Below, one piece after another: positions 11,901 through 21,449 of a stretch of 64,000 nucleotides of DNA. The notes beneath the pieces are model-generated. The model made no database searches, was not told the origin of the DNA, and saw only the letters and a list, made by a program, of their open reading frames with translations. Numbering within the stretch: position 1 is the stretch's first letter; every line of letters starts with the position of its first letter. Origin of the DNA: Pecten maximus (lineage: Eukaryota); contig NC_047018.1 of assembly GCF_902652985.1 (NCBI RefSeq), positions 50,220,001-50,284,000 on the forward strand. Direction: 5' to 3'. A program made the translations under genes and the position numbers.

Positions 11901-12302
11901 TCACGTCGCAACGGCCAACAAGGTCCTTGCACGTGAGGCACCGACCAGCAGACGTGCAGGTGACAGTCCTTGACGTCTGATATGACATCCGACGTAACAT
12001 GACAGTGCGACGGGCAGAACGACACATCAGAAATGTGCACGTGACCAAGTCTGTCTGGTCATCCAGATGGCACGTGACACTGTCACTCCGTCAGCACGGA
12101 CTGACAATGACAGGGTCTGACCACAGACGGAAGCATCTGACAGGAGACTGGGATCGTGGGCGCGCCCGTGTGACCTTGACAACAACGATGACAATGACCC
12201 GTCGCCACGTGACAATGACGTAGCAGCCGGAACGGGAAGTCGCTTTGACTTTGACAGTCGGCTGGACAGAACTGACAATGATCGGGGTCACATTTACAGT
12301 AA
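8902..12302 (+). CDS. SELENOP: Selenoprotein P, about 630 aa, 42 in-frame TGA (Sec); exons 8902-9098, 9697-9909, 10820-12302
   Basis: Signal peptide, then C..PPVW....GTSPMLETEGNVRLVALLKAS-U(TGA 9070)-GFC, the SELENOP UxxC motif. Exon 2 reads ...PIYQD..LEIWKKLGGDKDYLYIYD and splices to GCG (family DFLIYDRCG). Both introns are GT-AG and phase 2. Lengths 197+213+1483=1893 nt, ending TAA at 12300-12302. Two SECIS elements lie downstream. Confidence 0.95.
10820..12302 (+). CDS. SELENOP: SELENOP last coding exon: Arg-rich linker plus Sec-rich tail with 41 TGA
   Basis: GC-rich island in an AT-rich background. The frame carries 41 TGA (first at 11139) and no TAA/TAG before 12300. The TGAs sit in CxC-like motifs interchangeably with TGT/TGC. 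Confidence 0.93.
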
Positions 12303-12643
12303 ACATTAGATTTAAATCACGCAACTAACTTTCCATTCCGATGTCTGAAAAATATTTTAAAAATTAACAACATTGTAAAAAAACTATACATGTAAATATT
12401 GAAAAGATGCAAGATTTTTTTCTATCAAAAATATTGAAAGTTACGTAAACAAAAATATTGAAAGTTACGTAAACAAAAATTTTAAATCGTTAAAACAAAA
12501 CATCGTCGCTTCCGGTAACAATTTGGTAACTTGGTAAGGGCATTCAATGAGTAGACTAAATGTACCCCCTGCAACTGACCGAAACAAGACATATATACAT
12601 TTATATCTGTATCCGTAGTCTCAAGGACGACTTGACCATACAG

Positions 12644-12714
12644 TGGATAGCCTAAATGACGGCATTTGGACAAAACCCAAAAGGTATCCAATGCTCAGAT
12701 AACCCGGCTGACCA
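12644..12714 (+). promoter_or_regulatory. SECIS element 1 (canonical AUGA core, form II)
   Basis: Helix I TGG.TAGCC/GGCTG.CCA. Core ATGAC (12656-12660) opposite AGAT (12697-12700). Helix II GGCATTTGGA/TCCAATGCTC with two bulges. AAAA at 12672, 11 nt after the core, then an apical mini-stem ACC/GGT. Confidence 0.88.
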
Positions 12715-12992
12715 GATGGCCAAAGCTCTGATCTGACATTACTGATATCACTAAAGAAATGGACCATCTTACGACAATTAAAATAGTACTGTCGTAGACA
12801 GTGTAATAGATGTGAGCGTGGAAGGAAGTGTTAGAGTGCTTGCTGCTAAGAATGATGTACAATTGTTTGTTGAAATTTGTTATATTAACAACAAAATATG
12901 TTTGAAAACAAATATAATAAATCAAATATAAGGTTGGTTGTCGCTTTAGAAATGTCCGTCAGTAGCCAAAAATATCAAGAAGATAAAAATTT

Positions 12993-13240
12993 ATGGGTAT
13001 TCCCCAGTGACGTCACTGACCAAAAATATCAATAAGATAAACTTTATGGGTATTCCTCAGTGACGTCACAGGCCATGGGTATTCCTCAGTGACGTCACAG
13101 GCCATGGGTATTCCTCAGTGCCGCCACAGGCCATGGGTATTCCTCAGTGACGTCACAGGCCATGGGTATTCCTCAGTGCCGCCACAGGCCATGGGTATTT
13201 CTCAGTGACGTCACAGGCCATGGGTATTCCTCAGTGACGC
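12993..13240. repeat. 29-bp tandem repeat (7 copies plus one upstream copy) containing TGACGTCA
   Basis: Unit ATGGGTATTCCTCAGTGACGTCACAGGCC, located between the two SECIS elements. Confidence 0.92.
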
Positions 13241-13680
13241 ACGTGTATAAAAGTCGACCAAAACCCCATCTTCAAAGACCGGGGTCCAAAACCTGTGGTA
13301 CCGATTATTGTATATGTTTGATTTATTATAATAGTTTTAAATTGTTGTAAAATTATAAAAACAGGTTAGCCACAAATAAAGCACATGCAAAACGTGTTCG
13401 AAAAAATCAAGAGACGTTTATTTAAAATTTATCTATTTTTTTTTTAACAATTGACTTTCCAAAAGTGGAAGTTTTAACCGGATGGAGATTCCCACCCCTA
13501 AATCATTCGGTTTGGAAAATGTGACGACGCCTTTTTGTTTTGCGCATGTTTTGTTTGTGACTTTCCCTCATCAAGCCTCTGTGTTCACTGTAAGAATGAT
13601 TGTGTATAAGAAAGTTATATTATTTTATATAGAGTTCTAGTTCGTGAAAGCCTGTGTGAGAGTGTATGAGAGATGTTACA

Positions 13681-13781
13681 GTCGGTATGATACACCACAC
13701 GGCTCTGTGACGACCCGCTATAAAGCTAGGGATAGAAGTAGTGGAGTCTGAGAGATTTAGTCGACTGTGTATCATAACGAC
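13681..13781 (+). promoter_or_regulatory. SECIS element 2 (GUGA core variant, form II) inside a long closing stem
   Basis: Core GTGAC (13707-13711) opposite TGAG (13749-13752). Helix II GACCCGCTAT/GTAGTGG(A)GTC. AAA at 13722 and mini-stem CTA/TAG. Outer stem GTCGGTATGATACAC/GTGTATCATAACGAC, 14 of 15 paired. Confidence 0.82.
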
Positions 13782-13849
13782 TACACGGTGTATGGACAAA
13801 AACGCTTCCTTCCTTGTTCAATAGCAATGCTTATGTAAAAACATTATAT

Positions 13850-13855
13850 AATAAA
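13850..13855 (+). terminator. Candidate SELENOP polyadenylation signal
   Basis: First AATAAA after SECIS 2, followed by a U-rich tract at 13880-13905. Confidence 0.5.
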
Positions 13856-14383
13856 TATGATACAATACATATAAAAATGTCTTTCTTTCCTTTTTTTTTT
13901 TGCTCTATTTTTCATAACATACTTGTAAAGTTGGTAATTTTCGCGGGGATTAAATTTCGCAATTTTCGCAGTCATAAAGATAGCGCGAAATTAATTACAC
14001 GGTAAATATTTAACCTTAAGTTTAATCTCTGTGGCTGTATATTATACACAGGGCGATGTGTTTAACTGTTTACTGTCTTATTTCGATAAAGCGATGTTGT
14101 GCGAAATTTAATCCACGCGGACTGCTCAAAACCATGAGAACCGCGAAGTATTAGCACCATGCAAAATCAAACAGAATGTACACTGAATGGTTGGAGCCTG
14201 AAATGAAATTTTATACCCAGAACATAAAAAGTTTTGGCAAGCCGAAGTGGAAAGTTATCTTGGTTTATGTATGTTAGAAAACGGAGACTTTTTAAATTCC
14301 ATCTGCCATGGATTTCCATCAGTATTGTAGAGTGTTAATAGAGAGTAACGATAACAATACAATTTGGTGAATTTTAGCAGACA

Positions 14384-14414
<31 letters not shown>

Positions 14415-15549
14415 TTTCCAATGTGAAATAATATGCGAAGAATGCAAAATGCAGAGATGATCAATTCTGTCAATAAGTGCATGACCTTAGCTGTTGATAG
14501 GATGTTAAACAATGCATACCAAACCAGGCCCAAAGTAAGAATTTTCAGTGAAAGTTTATATGCAGATCAGGCCCGAAGAAACGTTTTCTTTTAATGTAGG
14601 TCAAAAGGTTAAAATAAGGTGACAGTGACCTACATTTGGCACCTGTTAATGACACACCGTCTCACCTAGGTTGGCCAATGCCTTTGTGAATATCCAGTAT
14701 ATAGGAAATTAAGCAGGACATTTTTTTCTTTAACTAGGCCAAAAGGTCAATATATAGGTCAAAGACAAAATGTAGGTCAGAGTGATCCACGTTCGGTACA
14801 GGACACATTGCATCACCTAGGTGAACCCATGTCCCAAGTATGAGGTGACAAGTAGTGTAGGAAATATAGCACGAACTAACGTTTTACTTAATGTAGGTCT
14901 AAGGTCAAAGGTCAAAATGCAGGGTGACCTATTTTGATACAACACATACCTCCTCCTCACCTTAGTGAACCAATGACCCAAGTATGAAGTTCCAGTAACA
15001 AGAAGTGCAGGAGACAAGATAAAATGTGGAAAGATGGAAGGATGGAAAGATGGACCGACGGATAGACACAATGCAAAACTATAGTTCCCCTCACTGGCGA
15101 TTTAAGGGGGGGGGGGGGGGGGGGGGGGGTGGGTGAAGAGGAGAAGGGCAAAATTAACAAAATGTGAAAAAAAAATCATTCCTGTAGATTCGGGTACATC
15201 AATTATTATGATTTCATTGAGCCAACCAAGATCAATATCAGTTATAATATTCTTTGCCGTTTCAAAAAGAAATCCTTAATTGACTGAGAACATCCTCTTT
15301 TTTCTGCCTAGCGCAATCAATATCTAACAAATATCATAGTCATTGATTTTCTTTATTTAACAAATACAAAACAAACATATACAAAATATTTTTTTTTTAT
15401 ATTTTGTCTGATGGGGTGGCAAGTTTAATTAATAGCACAATAACAACAAGCTTAACAGTAAACAAAGCACAGCATGTGATCTAGACACAAAACAAACAAA
15501 TACATACATGTATATATAAGCAATGTATGTCATGATCAAAGTATAGGAA

Positions 15550-15722
15550 TCCAGTCCTGTTAATATCATTATCAAGTTATAACAAAATGATCCTGTTAAT
15601 ATCATCATCAAAGTATCATAATCTGATCCTGTTAATATCATTATCTAGTTATAATAAAATGATCCTCTTAATATCATCATCAAGGTACAATAAATTGATC
15701 CTGTTAATATCATCATCAAGGA
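15550..15722. repeat. 36-bp tandem repeat, about 5 copies
   Basis: GATCCTGTTAATATCATCATCAAG recurs at 36-bp spacing. Confidence 0.8.
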
Positions 15723-17493
15723 TGATGATATATTCCGGGCTATATTTCCTATATTTCCAACCTAGGTGAGACGGTGTGTCATTAACAGGTGCCAAATGTA
15801 GGTCACTGTCACCTTATTTTAACCTTTTGACCTACGTTACAATACTCTTATAAGGTGTGTGAAACAAACAATTTGTATAGTGTAGCCATGTTGATTCATA
15901 TTTCCCGGATAATTCAAGTCATATGATTATTATGCTGTATACATCACAACAAAATGTTTTTCTAAATCATTGTAAATAAACAAATCATAGGTTGAATAAA
16001 CTTAACAATAAATTTAAAACATAAGTATGGCAAGTGATATTTTCAATGGCAAGTGATATTTTCAATATTGACTAGATTTAGGCATTGTAAAAAAGAAATG
16101 ACACCTCTTGAATCATTATATGTCACAAGACAAAGTGATATAGCAACAAAGTTATAAGAGTAGTTATAAAAATGATGATTGTAATTGTATTACAATTGTA
16201 TTACAATTGTTAATTATTACAATTAACAAATTTTCTGGATAATTATCATTTTTTTGAAAATAAAATTTGAAATAAATCTGAAAATTTCTCAAGGAAATAA
16301 CTAAAATTCATATTCTCCTTCAGTTACACTCTATCAATCAAACAAACAAAATTTGTTTTAACATCAAGTGAAAATACATATGAAAAGACCAAAAAACAAG
16401 ATATTATTCCCAATTAAAGTACACAAACTTAAGGGAAAAGAATTGAAATAAAAAAAAAAAAATCCCAACCATTAATGAAAAAACTATAAAATCAAATCTA
16501 ACAAACAGGAAATATTATTATCAGATTAATCTAATGAAAATGAAATAGCCTATCTGTATTTTTTAGTTCTTGATACTTGAGTTGTTTACCTGTAGGTCTC
16601 CCACATTACTACCAATGACTCAATCCCCTCAATCGTTCATTTAAAGTTCAAATATTGTGAAATTTATATCAAATTAAAGTTTGAAGATTTCTCTACCAGA
16701 AAAATGATGTTATTGGATAGGTTTAATAGCATATAAGAGCTCAACAGTACTTGGAAGACAGTAACCCTGATATTTACAATGGACAGGGGAACCCCCACCT
16801 GGGGAATTCCCACCTTTTTACAGTACCCATTGCATGTGTTTTTTTATTCAGGAAATAGCTACAAACCTAAGAAACAAATTTTCGTCAGGGACTTGGTTCA
16901 GGTGAAACACCAGCTGATTGGCTAAATAGTTGTGCCAAGACATGTACTCAGGTTTAACTGTAAGTAAAATATCTGGCAAGCAATATTTTGAGATTCAATA
17001 CGAAGCACATTAGCATGTCTAATGATACATGTATATATGATATGATGAGTATCAAGAGGCATGACCACGTTTGAAAAAGATTTATAAGCCAAATTAAGCC
17101 ATACTAGGCTCCTAATTGGCAAAACAGTCTAAATTGCAATATACAGGATTTTGCTAAAGGGGCATAACTCACATGAAAAATCTGAAGTCACCCAAAAAAA
17201 TGTCTTTGCGCAAAATTCAATTGGTCATTTTAGAAGATACATGTTTCTGAACAAGTTATGGTCTACAGACAGATGGACGGACAAACAAAACGATAGACAG
17301 ACAATTTGATTCCAGTTAACTTCCTGATCAGTCAGAAGCCAAATCAATGCATTTCTAAACAGACCTATACTAACATGACAGAAAACAAGTTTTACAGCAA
17401 CACTAATACACAATTGTATGCCATATATTTGATATGTGAGTAAATTTTGATCGACAGAAGCGTTGGACAAACATATATATTCCATTAAATCAT

Positions 17494-20379
17494 TCACAAT
17501 TCTCCTCCGTGAGGATCTAAAGTAGACTTAGATTCTGTAACCACAGTATCAGATTCATTATCCTCAACTGCTTGTTTAATATCTTCATAAATTTCTGCAA
17601 CAGACACCCAAGGACCCCAGGCATTTAGTAAGTATCCATTTCGATCAACAAGGTACTTCCAGAAATTCCAATTTGGTGGTTCTCCAGTCTGTTCTGTAAT
17701 TGCCATTAAAAAGATAATTATTTGATATGACAACATTCAGTTTGAAATGTTTTCTGATACTCCACAGGCAAAATGTCTTGTGGTAAATTTGACCTGAAAA
17801 AATATTCATATAAAATTCAGGTCAATTTCTTGATATGAATTGACTATTTTGATTAATTGCCCTTTCAGGTCAATTTTGAACAGAAAATATTGACCTGAAT
17901 TTGACGTGAATTGAAAAGAAGTCATTTTGTCTTTAAATGATACAATTTTATCAAAATCTGTTTAAACTTTACATTGTGACTTTAACAACATAAATTATTA
18001 ATACATTGTTTCTTTCTATTTGTTATCTTTCCAAAAAATTAAAACATTAAAATACTGTCTTTGCCACCTTTCTTACCTATGAGGTATTTCCATTCATCTG
18101 GCACATTGTCGTTGAGCACATTAACTTTGGCAAACATTGGAAAGTCAACTCTGTATGTGGACCTTGCAAACTTTTCTATTTCATAGTTGCTCTATAAAAA
18201 AGAAAATACAATGTAGATAATTCTTGTTATATGTCAACCATTCAAATGTTGGTGTTTATAACGAGGTTTTGTAAATCAGTGAGGAAAATGAAACATATCT
18301 TAGAAGTAAGTTATTTCATATACTCAAAAATGTGATAGCTTACAGGTTGGAAAGAAACATACATTGTACATAGATCTATAAGTCAGAATGTCACATGATG
18401 AGTATGCAGAATGTATAATTATTGAGAATGAGCCAAAACAAGATGGCCGTATTCAGTCCCATAATTATAAGAACGAATGTTACATACAAAATACAGAAGT
18501 TCAGCTGTCAACATGAAAAAATATGTGCAAACATGACATGTACATTTTACTGTTATTGAAGTGACTAAGTGAAAGAAACTCGTATCGTAACTGGCTATCA
18601 GCAAAACTATACCAAACTACAGGTGACAAAACAAAATATTACATATAAATGTAAATGTATTGACCAATCTTTTTACACTAAACTGATGGGTGAGAGCAGA
18701 GTTATAATGATTATATAATGTTGAAAAATATTGACCAAACTTTGCACCAAAAATGACAACTCACTTAATTCGTACACTCAGATAACTCGTAGTTTTCTTA
18801 TGGTCCTGTCAACTTCGAGTTAACGAAGTTCCACTTTACTTTTTATTAACCTTAGATACACTCAAAATTTTGGAGTGTGATAATTATGTATGTAACTTTC
18901 GATTTTCTTATTTTTAATCAATCATAATTATATTTTTGTCACAGGTGTAGCAACTGTAAACATAAACATTTTTCTACAATTCACTAAAAAACATTTAAAA
19001 GTTTATTACAGCAGGTTCCTGGGCTCCAAACTGATTGCAAGGAAATGCCAGCACGGTGAAATCCTCCTTTCTGTAAAACTCCTGCAGTCTGACTAAGCCT
19101 TTATAATGATCATCTGTAAATCCACATTCTGATGCCACGTTGACAATGAGGGAAACCTTTAAAACAAAAGTTATTGTAATATACATGTAAACATATCAGT
19201 ATTATGTAATATAATAAATAACACTGTCAACACATACTTTTTTATGAGATGACTAAACTCATAATTGATTATTAATTCCAATATATATATATCTATATGA
19301 AAATGACGATGAACATTTTATTCAATAATGTTTTCTAAAGTTTGATATATCTATAACAACTAGTTATGCACTGTAGAGCTAATTACTACTTCATTGTAAA
19401 GGGAAAATATGAATACACGTTTCAAATTTGGGAGCAAAACTCATCTAGTCATAGCAGAAAAACCAAATGCAACATGACATGGGTTTGGGAAACTACCCAA
19501 GTAACCAAACAATATCACTGCATGAGAATCCAGGTACATTTTGCCATTCAAAGGATTGATTATAGCTCCTGTCAGATTAATAGTCAAAGTTATGAAAGTA
19601 TCATTTTAATTCTTTCTCAAAAACAAAACTGCATTTGAAAGTAAAAATACTTCACTTAAATTAGTTTTATGTATAAATAGAGAATTATTTTCATAATATG
19701 AAAAACGAATGACATTAGTTGATTTGTGCTTTAGGCTAGTAAATTTGATCAGTGAAGTGGTCTTTACTGGAAAATGATAAATAATTTGTTGTAATGCAAT
19801 ATCATTTTTACAGAAAAAAATATATATTTAAAGTCTACATTTGTCTTATATCTGAAATTATAATGACTATAAGTGCTAAAACAGCAGTAATCATTGGAAA
19901 TATATAGAGGGTACTGTAAATGTATATGATTTCACAATAATATATTTTATATTATTTATTTACCATTGTAAATTACTAAATTAATAATAAAAATCGGCCT
20001 ACGCATGCTATCTAGATCTACATGTATGCTGAAACATCATTTTCGGTGCATGATGTACCTTTCCTCTGTATTGTTCTAATGAAATGGGATTTCCAGTTAT
20101 GTCAGTAGTATTAAATGAGTAAAAGTCTTTCTCTTCTGTTTCAAAATTAGTGTCATCAGCATTTAATTCGATTTCGTCGTCTGCATTTGTTGTCTCTTCA
20201 TCTGTTGTTGACGTTTCCGAAGTACTGCTTTCACTTTCATCGAGTGCATCTGTTGCAGTAAACTTCAGTATAGATACAAGTATGACGGTAACTGCAAACC
20301 ATCTCAAAAATGTCTTAAATGCTGTTTTTTTCTTAAACATGTTATTCTGCAACGTGTTAATGTTGTTGACGGAAGCCAT
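17494..20379 (-). CDS. GPX7: Cys-type ER glutathione peroxidase, GPX7/GPX8-like, about 260 aa; exons 20379-20059, 19156-19010, 18191-18077, 17693-17494
   Basis: Motifs LEQYRGK|[14 protein letters not shown] (catalytic codon TGT), [23 protein letters not shown] and [11 protein letters not shown]. Hydrophobic N-terminal anchor/signal and C-terminal HGGEL. Splice phases 0, 0, 1 give 783 nt. GPX7 versus GPX8 is not resolvable here. Confidence 0.92.
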
Positions 20380-20632
20380 TTTTGTTCTTGGTCTCGCCAA
20401 TTATCGCAAATGGCGAGATATACGCGAGAAAGCAACTTCAAATATTTCGGCCAATCAAACGCCGTATTGTTCACCCAATCAAGAAAATGATTGGTCAATA
20501 TTTACAGCGGCAATATCAAATACGAAAACAGCAACAACCTGCTCAGACTTGAAAACCATACGAACAACATTTAGTGGAACCAATGTTTTAATCCTATTGA
20601 TGTGACTTGAAAGACGTGAATAAGCAAGAACC
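20380..20632. promoter_or_regulatory. Bidirectional GPX7/8 - CDC20 promoter and CDC20 non-coding exon 1
   Basis: CCAAT boxes at 20451, 20475 and 20490 (reverse). CHR-like TTTGAA (reverse, 20437-20442) and CTTGAA (20548). Donor CC|GTAAGT at 20632/20633. Confidence 0.65.
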
Positions 20633-21449
20633 GTAAGTATTAAAAGGATTTTGCCTCCATTTTAAGTACAATTTTTTGAGATCGCATAAAAAAGTCTGGT
20701 GGTGTCCTTGTCAAATTGACAACATTCTTTTTCAATGTTTACTGTAATAACGTTAATGGCGATTTGTGAGCATTTTAACTCATAATGTTACGAGTACGAT
20801 ATTTCAACTCCGACAAAACTGGTGTATATTGGAAAGAACAGTCATGTTTAGGAACTTTATGGCGGTCCTACATGTTTTAATTTGTCGTGATTTGTGTCAC
20901 AGCACATACTGTACAGGTACGATACTTGATTGACGTGAGACCGGGGTAAGCGATAATAATTAAATGTATTTTACGCCCGTTTTGTTACCCGACGACTGAT
21001 ACTGGAAAATGTACTGTAAAAATATAGACTGTAAAAATGTAGTAGGTTTTGTTATATCCACAATATTATTAATTTTAATTTAGATATATATATACAGTAA
21101 GCCTAAATGATCATAAAATCTATTTATATTTTACAATACATGTGTCATTATGAGCAGAAAAGGCCAATTTGTAATTATTACAACAATTATGTATTAAACA
21201 CACAATAAAAAGTTTTGTATTATATATATATTTTTTCTATTATATTCACTTGTGTAGAAAATCTAAAGTATAATGTTTTGATTATTTCAGATGAAACATC
21301 AACAAATATGACAAGAATGGACCATTAACATTTCAATATAAAGAGTTAGACCTTCCAGCATTAAACAAAAACAACAACCAAAAACAAAAACTTTTTTGAT
21401 TTCATGAAAAGCCAGCACAGGAATTATTATAGATTAGTGGTTATTGACT

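Noticed and set aside
8902-12302. SELENOP as a pseudogene, or TGA read as Trp
   Set aside because: All 42 internal stops are TGA, there are no frameshifts, they alternate with Cys codons and two SECIS follow. Neighbouring genes use TGG for Trp and TGA as stop.
11392-12324. Assorted 70-134 aa ORFs on both strands
   Set aside because: They are shadows of the GC-rich SELENOP last exon; the TGA-containing frame continuous with the upstream exons explains the region.
12852-12906. Possible third SECIS (ATGAT...AAA...TGAA)
   Set aside because: The core-to-AA distance is about 16 nt and the helix is weak and AU-rich. A similar weak candidate near 13480-13525 lacks the RUGA core.
20150-20605. 151-aa + strand ORF
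   Set aside because: It is the antisense shadow of GPX exon 1 and the promoter, with a GTG start and no recognisable motif.
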